Positions 1-10,790 of a DNA stretch of 64,000 bases are shown in pieces; within the stretch, counting starts at the first letter, position 1; each line of letters starts with the position of its first letter. Both the position numbers and the translations under genes were made by a program. The notes beneath the pieces are model-generated. The model was not told the DNA's origin, did no database searches, and saw only the letters and a list, made by a program, of their open reading frames with translations. The stretch is from sequence record NZ_CP106961.1; one strand, written 5' to 3'. Origin of the DNA: a plasmid.

Positions 1-1462
1 ACCTGGAGAGAGTATTCCGGTCGACGGTATCGTGATCGAAGGCAAAACAACCGTTGATGAATCGATGGTGACCGGGGAGTCTATGCCGGTTACCAAAACG
101 AAGGGTGACCCTGTCATTGGGGGGACGATTAATCAGACAGGTAGTCTTATCATCCGTGCAGAGAAAGTCGGTGATGAAACGATGCTCTCACGAATTGTTC
201 AAATGGTCGCTGATGCACAGCGTTCGCGTGCCCCCATCCAGAGAATGGCTGACAGCGTTTCAGGCTGGTTTGTTCCTCTGGTGATACTTATCGCGGTTGT
301 TGCTTTCGTGATCTGGTCTGTCTGGGGGCCCGAGCCCAGGATGGCGCACGGTCTGATTGCGGCTGTGTCGGTCCTGATTATTGCCTGCCCCTGCGCACTG
401 GGGCTGGCCACACCGATGTCGATAATGGTGGGGGTAGGCAAAGGAGCCCAGGCCGGGGTGTTAATCAGGAATGCCGAAGCCCTTGAACGTCTTGAAAAAG
501 TGGACACGCTGGTTGTCGACAAAACAGGCACGCTCACGGAAGGTTCGCCTACGGTGACAGGGATTATCAGTCTCAATCCGGGTGGGGAAACATCTCTTTT
601 ACGTGTAGCGGCCGCAGTGGAAAAAGGCTCGCAGCATCCGCTGGGTATGGCTGTAGTCCGGGCAGCCCAGCACAGGGGGATCATGATACCCGCAGTCAGT
701 GATTTCAATGCTCCGTCGGGGAAAGGTGTTTCAGGCGATGTTGAAGGTCAACGGGTTGTTATTGGTAATGAACTGGCTATGCAGGAAAACAGTATCGTTA
801 TTGATAATCAAAAGGCCGTTGCGGATACGTTGCGGATGGAAGGCGCTACCGTTATCTATGTGGCCACAGATGGGTACCTTGCAGGCCTGATAGCTATCTC
901 GGATCCCGTGAAAGCAACCACGCCGGATGCGCTTAAAGCTTTGCGTCAGGCGGGGATCCGCATTGTTATGCTCACCGGGGATAACCAGCTTACTGCTGAA
1001 GCAGTCGCACGGAAACTGGGAATAGATGAGGTTGAAGCCGGGGTTCTGCCTGACGGCAAAAAAGCAGTGATAACCCGACTGAAAGCGTCTGGTCATGTGG
1101 TTGCGATGGCGGGGGACGGTGTAAATGATGCCCCGGCGCTGGCAGCGGCTGACGTGGGCATAGCTATGGGAACGGGTACAGATGTGGCAATTGAAAGTGC
1201 CGGAGTCACCCTTCTCAAAGGCGACTTGATGATACTGAACAGGGCCCGTCATCTGTCAGAGATCACCATGAAAAATATCCGACAGAATCTGTTTTTTGCA
1301 TTTATCTACAACGCACTTGGCGTGCCTGTGGCTGCAGGTCTGCTTTATCCTGTGTATGGAATACTGCTGTCGCCAGTTATTGCGGCGGCGGCCATGGCTC
1401 TTTCCTCCGTCAGCGTCATTGTGAATGCGTTGCGTCTGAAAAGTGTCAGGCTCGGGAAATAA
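1..1462 (+). CDS. silP: Cu+/Ag+ P1B-type heavy-metal ATPase, C-terminal ~480 aa; gene starts upstream of window
   Basis: ORF 32..1462 is open to the window edge; TGES, CPC ([12 protein letters not shown]), DKTGTLT and [11 protein letters not shown] motifs; lies directly upstream of the pco cluster as in sil-pco islands. Confidence 0.8.
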   Translation, partial: PGESIPVDGIVIEGKTTVDESMVTGESMPVTKTKGDPVIGGTINQTGSLIIRAEKVGDETMLSRIVQMVADAQRSRAPIQRMADSVSGWFVPLVILIAVVAFVIWSVWGPEPRMAHGLIAAVSVLIIACPCALGLATPMSIMVGVGKGAQAGVLIRNAEALERLEKVDTLVVDKTGTLTEGSPTVTGIISLNPGGETSLLRVAAAVEKGSQHPLGMAVVRAAQHRGIMIPAVSDFNAPSGKGVSGDVEGQRVVIGNELAMQENSIVIDNQKAVADTLRMEGATVIYVATDGYLAGLIAISDPVKATTPDALKALRQAGIRIVMLTGDNQLTAEAVARKLGIDEVEAGVLPDGKKAVITRLKASGHVVAMAGDGVNDAPALAAADVGIAMGTGTDVAIESAGVTLLKGDLMILNRARHLSEITMKNIRQNLFFAFIYNALGVPVAAGLLYPVYGILLSPVIAAAAMALSSVSVIVNALRLKSVRLGK

Positions 1463-1502
1463 CACTGAGTGAAGGGTCAGTTACGAACAGAAGGAGTCCA
1501 GT

Positions 1503-1700
1503 ATGAAAAGTACCACCTATGCGCTTATTGCTGTCGCCGCGATCGCGGCATTTGCCCTCCTGCGCGAACACTGGTCACATGTGGCAGGTTACTGGCCATA
1601 TCTGTTATTGCTGGTCTGCCCGCTAATGCATCTTTTCCACGGCCACGGAGGGCATGGAGATCATCAACATCACGGAAGTGAAAACGATAAAAAAAATTAA
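1503..1700 (+). CDS. small membrane protein with His-rich C-terminus (HGHGGHGDHQHHG), pcoF-like putative copper-binding protein
   Basis: 65-aa ORF, one hydrophobic helix then His cluster; position between silP and pcoG as I recall for sil-pco islands. Confidence 0.5.
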   Translation: MKSTTYALIAVAAIAAFALLREHWSHVAGYWPYLLLLVCPLMHLFHGHGGHGDHQHHGSENDKKN

Positions 1701-1733
1701 TCCGGCAGACGGGGCCGCGTCGCGGTCCCGTTA

Positions 1734-2459
1734 TCAGTCCAGGTATCGTTCGTAGTCTCTGACATGCGCAAAGGCATGCTGTTCGAGTTTGTTATCAGCG
1801 GGTGCCGCTGCCCGGAACGCCAGAGAGTTAACAGGGTTGTTATTGATGACCAGCTCGTAATGCAGATGAGGACCGGATGAACGTCCGCTGTTACCGGATA
1901 ACGCAATAGCGTCTCCCCGGGTAACCCTGGCCCCTTTAGTAACGAGTATTTTATTGAGGTGGAGATAGCGAGTTTTAACACCGGCTTTTCCCGTTACTTC
2001 AACAAAATATCCCATGGTACTGTTGTATTCGGCCCGGGTGATTTTTCCGTCGATGACGCTGACTATTTTCGTGTTCATGGGCATGGAATAATCAATGCCA
2101 TTATGGGGACTCACTTTTCCCGATACCGGGTTAAGTCTTGCAGGATTGAAAGGCGAACTGAGTCTTGCTGTGGCCGGTAACGGATAATCGAGACTGCCTT
2201 TCCCGGAAGTATCGGAAAGGTTATAGAACTTTTTATCTGATATACGATACGCCGTGTAATTAAATGAACCGGACGTAAATTTATAGGCCACGACACGTGA
2301 TTTTCCCGCTTTCTTTTGCAGTACGAGTTTTAATGATTCATTTTTTTTCAAATGCCGCAGATTAAACCGGGAAGGCAAGGAGCGCTGAAGAGTAGCGATC
2401 TCGTTCGATTCCAGCCCCGAGCGGGTGGCTGAAAGGTAGGCATTTTCTTTTACGACATC
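1734..2459 (-). pseudogene. pcoG: M23 metallopeptidase pcoG, body of gene severed from its first 4 codons by IS1 composite transposon
   Basis: M23 motifs (HNGIDY, GNSGRSSGPHLHYEL); reading frame stays open upstream of the annotated TTG right to the IS1 boundary at 2459 and resumes on the far side of the composite (10040..10052, ATG TAT TCT ACC) across a 9-bp target duplication. Confidence 0.75.
2451..2459. repeat. target-site duplication TACGACATC (left copy) of IS1 composite transposon
   Basis: matches TACGACATT at 10031..10039 (8/9). Confidence 0.65.
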
Positions 2460-2514
2460 GGTAATGCTGCCAACTTACTGATTTAGTGTATGATGGTGAT
2501 TTTAAGGTGCTTGC

Positions 2515-2790
2515 GTGGCTTCCATTTCCATCAGATGTCCTTCCTGCTCCGCTACTGAAGGCGTGGTGCGTAACGGCAAAAGCACTGCCGGACATCAGCG
2601 CTATCTCTGCTCTCATTGCCGTAAAACATGGCAACTACAGTTCACTTACACCGCCTCTCAGCCCGGTACGCACCAGAAAATCATTGATATGGCCATGAAT
2701 GGCGTCGGATGTCGCGCCAGTGCACGCATTATGGGCGTTGGCCTCAACACGGTTTTACGTCACTTAAAAAACTCAGGCCGCAGTCGGTAA
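2515..2790 (+). CDS. insA: IS1 InsA
   Basis: 91-aa ORF matching the copy B InsA at 8857..9132 (one conservative difference). Confidence 0.85.
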   Translation: MASISIRCPSCSATEGVVRNGKSTAGHQRYLCSHCRKTWQLQFTYTASQPGTHQKIIDMAMNGVGCRASARIMGVGLNTVLRHLKNSGRSR

Positions 2791-3110
2791 CCTGGCGCAT
2801 ACAACCGGGCAGTGATGTGATTGTCTGCGCTGAAATGGACGAACAGTGGGGCTACGTCGGTGCTAAATCACGTCAGCGCTGGTTATTTTACGCATATGAC
2901 AGGATACGGAGGACGGTTGTGGCGCACGTCTTCGGTGAACGCACTCTGGCCACACTGGAGCGTCTTCTGAGCCTGCTGTCGGCCTTTGAGGTCGTGGTAT
3001 GGATGACGGATGGCTGGCCGCTGTATGAATCACGCCTGAAGGGAAAGCTGCGTCTCCGTAGCACGTTATCAGCAAGCGTTACACTCAGCGCATTGAGCGA
3101 CATAACCTGA
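2709..3110 (+). pseudogene. insB: IS1 insB disrupted by 11-bp insertion (premature stop)
   Basis: diverges from copy B InsB after KGKL because of inserted cgtctccgtag. Confidence 0.8.
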
Positions 3111-3259
3111 ATCTGAGACAACATCTGGCAAGGCTGGGACGGAAGTCACTGTCGTTCTCAAAATCGGTGGAGCTGCATGACAAGGTCATCGGGCATTATC
3201 TGAACATAAAACACTATCAGTAAGTTGGAGTCATTACCGGTTTAGTCTATGAATAAACA

Positions 3260-4066
3260 TTAAATAATGTCTACTTCCACCAGAACCCCAAAGTGATCCG
3301 ATACAACCGGATAAAAATCGTTATTAAAAATCACCTGATGCTGCTTTACCACCATCGGTTGATTACTAAGAACCAAATCAATGCGTAGCGCTTGGCTATT
3401 TTGTTCCCAACCGTCAATATTTTTAATTACAGTAGTTCCGGAGTCTTTTATTTCTGCTATTTCATAACAATCTATCAAACCGCACTGTAATACATAATCA
3501 TAACCTTCATTGCGTATATGGCTTGGGTTGTTGAAATCGCCTAATAGAAAGCTCAACTCTGTTGATAATGTTGCCTTTATTCTGTTGAACTGGTCCTCAA
3601 ATGAGCTCTCTGAGTCACTCCACCAGCCGCAATGACAATTATAAAGATTGAAATCACCTCGTTGAGAAGTGACCTTAATACGCACTGCTCGCCTATGTTT
3701 CCAAAAGTTCACATCATAGTTATCACTTAGGTCAATGACCTCATGCTCGACAATCGGCAGTCGCGTCAAGAATGCCAGTCCCTCTTGATATACGTCATAA
3801 CTTTGATGAACGAAATCCCATGTAAGTTGGTAGTGATAGCCGTATTCCATGAGTTTTTTCTGTAATAAATATCCATAGTTATCAGCGAGCACGGTGTGAT
3901 TAGTTAATATATTGGCATCAACAGCCGAGCTATTTTGATGTTGATTCACTTCCTGTAATGCAACGACATCGCACCCTTGCTCGATAATGGCTTGCGCTAC
4001 CACATCCAACTTTTCTAGTTGTTTCTCTTCTTGCCAACTATGGGTATTTAGCGTCATTAACTTCAT
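3260..4066 (-). CDS. endonuclease/exonuclease/phosphatase (EEP) family protein
   Basis: 268-aa ORF with EEP-like motifs (VVALQEVN, SDHFGV at C-terminus); last gene of low-GC sugar operon. Confidence 0.55.
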   Translation of the reverse strand: MKLMTLNTHSWQEEKQLEKLDVVAQAIIEQGCDVVALQEVNQHQNSSAVDANILTNHTVLADNYGYLLQKKLMEYGYHYQLTWDFVHQSYDVYQEGLAFLTRLPIVEHEVIDLSDNYDVNFWKHRRAVRIKVTSQRGDFNLYNCHCGWWSDSESSFEDQFNRIKATLSTELSFLLGDFNNPSHIRNEGYDYVLQCGLIDCYEIAEIKDSGTTVIKNIDGWEQNSQALRIDLVLSNQPMVVKQHQVIFNNDFYPVVSDHFGVLVEVDII

Positions 4067-4152
4067 TTATTATTCACTTATTCATTGTAGCGAGTTAAAC
4101 GCAGCTCAAGGCTGCGTTTCTCGAGGTTATTTTATCTAGGGTAGAGAATGAA

Positions 4153-5781
4153 TTACGCAGGTTGTGCTGAAAACTTCTCAACTAATCTAGATTTAATGAC
4201 ATCCACTCCTGGACCATAAATAACTTGTACTCCCTGTTCTTTAATTACAGCACCAAGTGCTCCTGTCGGCTTCCATAATGCATATTCAGCAACCAACTGC
4301 GGGTCATTAACTGTAATGCGCAAGCGAGTCATACAAGCATCAATCTCAACAATATTGGCACGGCCACCTAAATTCTGAATAATAATGTCCATCTTCTCAT
4401 CTTCTGACATGGATTCTGAACTTTCATCGAGGTAGTTACCCATACGGCCCGGTGTTGGCAATTTAAATTTGACAATGAGCACACGGAATAATCCATAGTT
4501 AACACCAAAGAAAACAATAGAAACCAATGCGAAGCGAACCAAATCACCACCGATTCCCGCTGAAACCATCATAGGTATACGAGTGAGTAACTCAATCAAA
4601 CCAAAGGCATGTATACGTAGGTCCATCACATCGACCAACGCAAATGCAATCCCTGTTAATACCGCATGCGCAACATACAAAACAGGAGCAATAAACATAA
4701 ACATGAATTCAATAGGCTCTGTCACACCGGTTAATAACACAGCAAGACACGCAGATAAAAACATTGGCTTGTATTGTGCGCGCTTATCACTATCAACACA
4801 GTGATACATCGCAAGTCCAATACCAATCAATGAAGACGCTGCGATAATAACTTGGCCCGCTTTAAAACGTGCTGGATGCACCGTATCTAATAGATGTTGG
4901 TAAGTTGTCGGATCGCTTAATTTAAGATTATTTAAATCGCTAACCCAAGCAAGCCATAGTGGATCTTGACCATAAACACTTGCCCCCGCATTCACCCCTG
5001 TTAAAAGCTCATAAGTACCACCCAACTCGGTGTAATTCATTGGAATAGTTAAAGTGTGGTGTAAACCAAATGGCAGTAATAAGCGCTCTAACGTACCATA
5101 CAAGAAAGGAGCAGTGATCGGCGCAGTGTCTTTAGAGGTTGCAATCCATTGACCAAAATCATTAAGCGCACCTTGAATTAAAGGCCATACGATTGATAAA
5201 GCAAACGCAATAATCATCGAATAGAAAATAACAACAAAAGGTACAAAACGCTTACCGTTGAAAAATGCTAATGCCTGAGGTAAGCGAGCGAAGTCATGAT
5301 AACGGTTAAATAAGTTGGCACCTAAATAGCCAGACATAATACCGATAAACACACCCATATTTAGAGCAGGAGCACCCAAAATATTAGTGAAGAATTGAGA
5401 GACAGGTAGCTCAGAACCAAATAGGCTCATCACAACCGCCTCGGGATCACTGAGCATAGCGTTATCCACGCCTAATATAACCCCAGTGATACGGTTAATT
5501 AAGATGAAGGCGATCAGCGCGGCAAATGCTCCTCCTGCACGTTCTTTAGCCCATGATCCACCAATAGCGACAGCAAATAATAGGTGAAGATTAACTATGA
5601 TCCCCCAGCCTATGTTTTCCATAATAGCGCCTAGTGTTTCAATGGCACCAATACCACCAGCATACATTGCGACAACTTTACCGAGTGATATCATGATACC
5701 AGCGGCTGGCATCACCGCGATAACAACGATAAGGGATTTCCCAAATCGTTGCCAAAAATCAAAAGATAGTAACTGACTCAT
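4153..5781 (-). CDS. PTS glucose/alpha-glucoside-family EIICB component
   Basis: 542 aa; multi-TM EIIC domain followed by C-terminal EIIB domain with CMTRLR phosphocysteine motif. Confidence 0.8.
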   Translation of the reverse strand: MSQLLSFDFWQRFGKSLIVVIAVMPAAGIMISLGKVVAMYAGGIGAIETLGAIMENIGWGIIVNLHLLFAVAIGGSWAKERAGGAFAALIAFILINRITGVILGVDNAMLSDPEAVVMSLFGSELPVSQFFTNILGAPALNMGVFIGIMSGYLGANLFNRYHDFARLPQALAFFNGKRFVPFVVIFYSMIIAFALSIVWPLIQGALNDFGQWIATSKDTAPITAPFLYGTLERLLLPFGLHHTLTIPMNYTELGGTYELLTGVNAGASVYGQDPLWLAWVSDLNNLKLSDPTTYQHLLDTVHPARFKAGQVIIAASSLIGIGLAMYHCVDSDKRAQYKPMFLSACLAVLLTGVTEPIEFMFMFIAPVLYVAHAVLTGIAFALVDVMDLRIHAFGLIELLTRIPMMVSAGIGGDLVRFALVSIVFFGVNYGLFRVLIVKFKLPTPGRMGNYLDESSESMSEDEKMDIIIQNLGGRANIVEIDACMTRLRITVNDPQLVAEYALWKPTGALGAVIKEQGVQVIYGPGVDVIKSRLVEKFSAQPA

Positions 5782-5840
5782 AAATGATTCCTTGGTTTAA
5801 ATGCAGGGTAGCCTTATCAAGGCCCTGCGATAAATATAAT

Positions 5841-7574
5841 TTAGTGCTTTCTTGCAAATATATACGCAGCATAAGGTGGGGCAATTTGCGTCGCTATAAA
5901 ATCTGAGCGAACGTGTTCATTGTTGACATTCTGATTATCAAGCATTAACTCGCCTAATTGCATGCGGTCGATATCAACGATGCTCTCTTGTGGACTTAAA
6001 TTGGTAATAATGGTCCATGTCATATCTTGTGCAACACGTTGATAAGCATAGATATTAGGGTCGTTAGGTAGCAGCAATTGATAGCGGCCAACCACTAAAC
6101 TTACATTTGACTTACGCAGAGCAATCAGCTGCTTATAGAAACTCAAAATCGAATTTGGATCTTTCTGTTGTTGCTCAACATTGATATCTGCGTACTGTTG
6201 ATTGACGGAGAACCAAGGTTGCACCTCAGAAAAACCGGCAAAATCCTGCGCATTCCATTGCATTGGCAAGCGACTGTGGTCGCGAGATACTTGATTTAAC
6301 AAGGCTAAGATGTCTGCATCGCTTTGACCTTGTTGAGATAGCTTTTGAATTAAATTTCTAGCAGACACATCATTAAATTCATCAAGAGAAGTAAACTGAT
6401 GATTTACCATACCAATCTCTTGGCCCTGATAAATAAACGGAGTTCCTTTCATCAAGAAATAACAACTCGCTAACGCGGTAGCACTGGCATACCTAGAGGT
6501 AGGGTCGGCAAAAGTATCAATGCTACGAGCTTGATCGTGGTTTTCTAAATAAAGCGCATTCCAGCCTTTACCTTCTAATGCATCTTGCCAACGCGATAAA
6601 ATGCGTTTGAACTCCACTAGATCTAAAGGCACGTTGCTTTGTTCTTCCGACCATAGCTTCATGTGTTCAAACTGAAAAATCATGTTGAAAACACCGCCTT
6701 GATCGTGCTCGGTCGCTTCGGCAACCCAAAGTAATGCATTGTCGGCAGTCACCCCATTAGCCTCACCAACTGTCACTATGTTAAAGGGATCAAACGCCTG
6801 CTCTTTTAACTCATGCAGATGTTTTTCAATCCCTGCCACATTCATATGATAATCAAACGAAGAGACATACTTTTCACCCTTTGGATTGGGTAAAGAAGGT
6901 AAACCTGGTTGTTTCTGAATATGGCTAATTGCATCCACACGGAAGCCATCAATACCACGCTCCAACCACCAATAAATCATTTTAAATAGTGCTTGTTTAA
7001 CTTCAGGATTTTCCCAATTCAGATCAGGTTGTTTTTTTGAAAATAGGTGCAAGTAGTACTGTGCAGTTTTTTTATCATATTCCCATGCGCTGCCATGAAA
7101 AATACTTTCCCAGTTGTTTGGGTCGCAAGTCGGTTTTTCAGCGGTAGGCTCACAACCATCACGCCAAATATACCAATCGCGCTTAGGGCTATTTTTGTTA
7201 TCTCGAGATTCAATGAACCATGGGTGCTCGTCGCTAGTGTGGTTGATCACTAAATCCATAATAATGCGAATGCCACGTTTATGAGCAGCACTGATTAGTT
7301 CATCCACATCCTCAAGGGTTCCAAAGTCAGGATGAATCGCTTGATAGTCACTAATATCGTACCCGTTATCATCATTAGGTGATGCATAGAATGGGCAAAT
7401 CCATATTAAATCAATGCCCAAATCAGCAAGATAATCGAGCTTAGCAATGATGCCATTGATGTCACCAATACCGTCCTGGTTTGTATCATAAAAACTACGG
7501 GGATAAATTTGGTAGGCGGTTGCTTTCTTCCACCACGCGAGTGGTTTTGAGTGCATATTAGGAGCGAGTGTCAT
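5841..7574 (-). CDS. GH13 alpha-glucosidase (trehalose-6-phosphate hydrolase / oligo-1,6-glucosidase-like), cytoplasmic
   Basis: 577 aa; QIYPRSF, GIDLIWICPF, DLVINHTSDEH, GFRVDAI motifs of alpha-amylase family; no signal peptide. Confidence 0.8.
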   Translation of the reverse strand: MTLAPNMHSKPLAWWKKATAYQIYPRSFYDTNQDGIGDINGIIAKLDYLADLGIDLIWICPFYASPNDDNGYDISDYQAIHPDFGTLEDVDELISAAHKRGIRIIMDLVINHTSDEHPWFIESRDNKNSPKRDWYIWRDGCEPTAEKPTCDPNNWESIFHGSAWEYDKKTAQYYLHLFSKKQPDLNWENPEVKQALFKMIYWWLERGIDGFRVDAISHIQKQPGLPSLPNPKGEKYVSSFDYHMNVAGIEKHLHELKEQAFDPFNIVTVGEANGVTADNALLWVAEATEHDQGGVFNMIFQFEHMKLWSEEQSNVPLDLVEFKRILSRWQDALEGKGWNALYLENHDQARSIDTFADPTSRYASATALASCYFLMKGTPFIYQGQEIGMVNHQFTSLDEFNDVSARNLIQKLSQQGQSDADILALLNQVSRDHSRLPMQWNAQDFAGFSEVQPWFSVNQQYADINVEQQQKDPNSILSFYKQLIALRKSNVSLVVGRYQLLLPNDPNIYAYQRVAQDMTWTIITNLSPQESIVDIDRMQLGELMLDNQNVNNEHVRSDFIATQIAPPYAAYIFARKH

Positions 7575-7642
7575 CGGTTATACTATATGTGTTATCGTTA
7601 ACATATATAGTTAAGTAGAACCGATTTGGACTCAACACAATT

Positions 7643-8608
7643 TCAGAGGAATTGTGAGCTTTCTCTCATCTTTATGTCGAATGTGCCTTCAACAGAACTG
7701 AAATCGCGCTTGAGCAATTTTTTGACAGCTTGGTAGCCCACTTGATAGTAGTTAAAAGCGACAGTCGTCAGGCTCGGGACTAACAAATCGCTGTAGTCAT
7801 AGTCACCCATGCCTACAATCCATACGTTATGACCGATCTTGAGTTGCTGTTCTTTGGCGCGACGATATAAACGAATGGCAATATTATCGGTGGCACAAAA
7901 GTAGACATGATTAGGCTGTAATTGAACGGCCTGATAGCCAGCTTTGTCCTCCGAGTTGGCTAGGGCTTGTAGTGATAAATTCAACTCAGGGACGGTGTCG
8001 GTAATAGTGGCTTGCATCAACTTAGTGCGGCTAGAAAGCATACGCTCATCATAAATATAATGTACGGCAGCCAGCGGTGCCTGCTGCTGTTTTAACTGAG
8101 TGATGGTGTGGGAGACGAGGGCTTTAATCGCTGCATGATCGGGGTAATATAAACAGCAATGGTGGGGGGTATTTTTGCCAATAAATACCACATTGTCTAA
8201 GGTTCGATAAAAAGTCTCTTCGACACTGTGCTTTGACGCAATAATAATCGTGCCCAATGCATTTAAGCCGTTAAACTCTCTCACAGCTTGGCATTCTGAC
8301 TCATGGTTAAACCCTGTGGCATGAAACAGCATTCGTACTTGTGATTCATTGGCAGCAGCCAGCGCCCCTTTAATCACTAAACTGGTCGTATATGACTCAA
8401 TACGAGGCGCGATGAAACCAATAATATTGGATTGGCTACGAATGGAGCGAGCAAATATATTAGGCGTGTAATGACTCTCTTTGACGATGGCATCAATTTT
8501 AAGGCGGTTCTCTTCCGAGACATAACCGCCATTAAAGTAACGCGACACAGTCATTGTTGAAATTCCAAGCTGCCTTGAAATCTCAGCCATGGTCATTTTT
8601 TTACTCAT
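7643..8608 (-). CDS. LacI-family transcriptional regulator (TreR-like) of the glucoside operon
   Basis: N-terminal HTH MAEISRQLGISTMTVSRYFNG plus periplasmic-binding-fold sugar domain. Confidence 0.8.
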   Translation of the reverse strand: MSKKMTMAEISRQLGISTMTVSRYFNGGYVSEENRLKIDAIVKESHYTPNIFARSIRSQSNIIGFIAPRIESYTTSLVIKGALAAANESQVRMLFHATGFNHESECQAVREFNGLNALGTIIIASKHSVEETFYRTLDNVVFIGKNTPHHCCLYYPDHAAIKALVSHTITQLKQQQAPLAAVHYIYDERMLSSRTKLMQATITDTVPELNLSLQALANSEDKAGYQAVQLQPNHVYFCATDNIAIRLYRRAKEQQLKIGHNVWIVGMGDYDYSDLLVPSLTTVAFNYYQVGYQAVKKLLKRDFSSVEGTFDIKMRESSQFL

Positions 8609-8856
8609 TACCTATTTCCTTCAATAATGCACTATTGCCATATCTCCAAGTGACTTCAAGATACAGAATTCAGAGTTGAGTCACTTGGGCATAGTATCCA
8701 ATATATTGGCTAACAACACAGTAAATAAAACTGGGTGGACGTATGAGTGTTTAATTTTCACTCACAAGATTTAGACCTGAACTCAAGACCAAGGAGCGAG
8801 CGGTAATGCTGCCAACTTACTGATTTAGTGTATGATGGTGATTTTGAGGTGCTCCA

Positions 8857-9132
8857 GTGGCTTCCATTTCCATCAGATGTCCTTCCTGCTCCGCTACTGA
8901 AGGCGTGGTGCGTAACGGCAAAAGCACTGCCGGACATCAGCGCTATCTCTGCTCTCATTGCCGTAAAACATGGCAACTACAGTTCACTTACACCGCCTCT
9001 CAGCCCGGTACGCACCAGAAAATCATTGATATGGCCATGAATGGCGTCGGATGTCGCGCCAGTGCACGCATTATGGGCGTTGGCCTCAACACGGTTTTAC
9101 GTCACTTAAAAAACTCAGGCCGCAGTCGGTAA
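8857..9132 (+). CDS. insA: IS1 InsA
   Basis: 91-aa ORF. Confidence 0.85.
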   Translation: MASISIRCPSCSATEGVVRNGKSTAGHQRYLCSHCRKTWQLQFTYTASQPGTHQKIIDMAMNGVGCRASARIMGVGLNTVLRHLKNSGRSR

Positions 9133-9554
9133 CCTCGCGCATACAACCGGGCAGTGATGTGATTGTCTGCGCTGAAATGGACGAACAGTGGGGCTACGTC
9201 GGTGCTAAATCACGTCAGCGCTGGCTGTTTTACGCGTATGACAGGATACGGAGGACGGTTGTGGCGCACGTCTTCGGTGAACGCACTCTGGCCACACTGG
9301 AGCGTCTTCTGAGCCTGCTGTCGGCCTTTGAGGTCGTGGTATGGATGACGGATGGCTGGCCGCTGTATGAATCACGCCTGAAGGGAAAGCTGCACGTTAT
9401 CAGCAAGCGTTACACTCAGCGCATTGAGCGACATAACCTGAATCTGAGACAACATCTGGCAAGGCTGGGACGGAAGTCACTGTCGTTCTCAAAATCGGTG
9501 GAGCTGCATGACAAGGTCATCGGGCATTATCTGAACATAAAACACTATCAGTAA
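9051..9554 (+). CDS. insB: IS1 InsB (made as InsAB' by -1 frameshift)
   Basis: 167-aa ORF typical of IS1. Confidence 0.85.
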   Translation: MSRQCTHYGRWPQHGFTSLKKLRPQSVTSRIQPGSDVIVCAEMDEQWGYVGAKSRQRWLFYAYDRIRRTVVAHVFGERTLATLERLLSLLSAFEVVVWMTDGWPLYESRLKGKLHVISKRYTQRIERHNLNLRQHLARLGRKSLSFSKSVELHDKVIGHYLNIKHYQ

Positions 9555-9569
9555 GTTGGAGTCATTACC

Positions 9570-10030
9570 AAAAACTCAGGCCGCAGTCGGTAACCTCGCG
9601 CATACAACCGGGCAGTGATGTGATTGTCTGCGCTGAAATGGACGAACAGTGGGGCTACGTCGGTGCTAAATCACGTCAGCGCTGGCTGTTTTACGCGTAT
9701 GACAGGATACGGAGGACGGTTGTGGCGCACGTCTTCGGTGAACGCACTCTGGCCACACTGGAGCGTCTTCTGAGCCTGCTGTCGGCCTTTGAGGTCGTGG
9801 TATGGATGACGGATGGCTGGCCGCTGTATGAATCACGCCTGAAGGGAAAGCTGCACGTTATCAGCAAGCGTTACACTCAGCGCATTGAGCGACATAACCT
9901 GAATCTGAGACAACATCTGGCAAGGCTGGGACGGAAGTCACTGTCGTTCTCAAAATCGGTGGAGCTGCATGACAAGGTCATCGGGCATTATCTGAACATA
10001 AAACACTATCAGTAAGTTGGAGTCATTACC
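9570..10030 (+). mobile_element. partial IS1 (3' 461 bp) in tandem with copy B
   Basis: starts abruptly at AAAAACTCAGGCCGCAG (internal IS1 sequence) directly after the copy B end; sequence appears identical to copy B 3' part; truncated insB ORF 9620..10015. Confidence 0.85.
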
Positions 10031-10039
10031 TACGACATT
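10031..10039. repeat. target-site duplication TACGACATT (right copy)
   Basis: pairs with 2451..2459. Confidence 0.65.
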
Positions 10040-10052
10040 CGGTAGAATACAT
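10040..10052 (-). other. pcoG: displaced pcoG start codon plus first codons (MYST) and upstream promoter region, separated from gene body by the composite transposon
   Basis: minus-strand TAA ATG TAT TCT ACC continues in frame into GAT GTC GTA at 2459. Confidence 0.55.
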
Positions 10053-10340
10053 TTACTGGAATTCGCCGTTAGCATGAACACTGCGGCGTATGCTAGGGGT
10101 TTTCAGGAGGCGTGTCATCTGTCAGTTAATCGGGAGCACCGTTGATGGTCGTCATTTTTGTAACATATCTTGTTTCCCGTTTGCTCCTGAAGCTCTGGGA
10201 ACTGTATGACCAGCCCGACGGTGATGATTAACGGGACTGAAACAGGGTACGGCAGAGCAATATGGGGCTCATGTCCTGCTACGTAACCCGTCAGTAAAGC
10301 CCTGCTGCGCACCTGACGCTAAGCACTAACCCGCCTGCAG

Positions 10341-10790
10341 TTACCTGGTCGAATACAGCCCGCGAAGCTTTCTTGCCTGCGTCTGATGTGCTTCCGCACC
10401 GGCATTATTGACCTGCTCATGCACGAGAGCGGCTTTTTCTCCGGCATTCAGTTCGTTAAAAGAAGAAGACGAGGTCTTTGAATTTGCATCACTGCCGGAC
10501 AGCATTTTTTTATGTTCCTCAATCATTTTCTGATGCGCATAGGACGCGCTGTTGTTCATAAATGAATGAGCAACAATGGCCCTTTCATGTTCATTCATTT
10601 CAGAGAATGAGGGCGTGTTGTTTTTATTAACCCTGTCCGGTAAGTTTTCATGCGTCGAGGAGTTCACATGACTGACGGCTGAGGCATTATTAACAAATCG
10701 ATGTGCTTCATGGGCAATATCACTGGACTGAGCAAAAGCTGCCCCACAAAATAAAGCTGTAAACGCAGTGGTCGTGATTAATATATTCAT
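10341..10790 (-). CDS. pcoE: periplasmic His/Met-rich copper/silver-binding protein, PcoE/SilE family (pcoE1)
   Basis: signal peptide, MNEHER and AHQKM-type repeats as in SilE/PcoE. Confidence 0.7.
   Translation of the reverse strand: MNILITTTAFTALFCGAAFAQSSDIAHEAHRFVNNASAVSHVNSSTHENLPDRVNKNNTPSFSEMNEHERAIVAHSFMNNSASYAHQKMIEEHKKMLSGSDANSKTSSSSFNELNAGEKAALVHEQVNNAGAEAHQTQARKLRGLYSTR

Larger units (their letters stand above)
2460..3238 (+). mobile_element. IS1 copy A (779 bp; carries 11-bp insertion at 3051..3061 that frameshifts insB)
   Basis: IS1 terminal repeats GGTAATGCTGCCAACTTACTGAT ... GTAAGTTGGAGTCATTACC; insA intact, insB truncated compared with copy B. Confidence 0.9.
8802..9569 (+). 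mobile_element. IS1 copy B, 768 bp, intact insA and insB
   Basis: complete IS1 with both ends; insA 8857..9132, insB 9051..9554 (167 aa). Confidence 0.9.
2460..10030 (+). mobile_element. IS1-flanked composite transposon (direct IS1 copies) carrying low-GC alpha-glucoside PTS operon
   Basis: IS1 at both ends in the same orientation, 9-bp near-identical direct repeats outside, interrupted pcoG frame is restored when the element is removed. Confidence 0.75.

Noticed and set aside
199-1465. Minus-strand ORFs inside silP (169, 173 and 69 aa)
   Set aside because: They lie antisense to a well-supported P-type ATPase gene and have no motifs.
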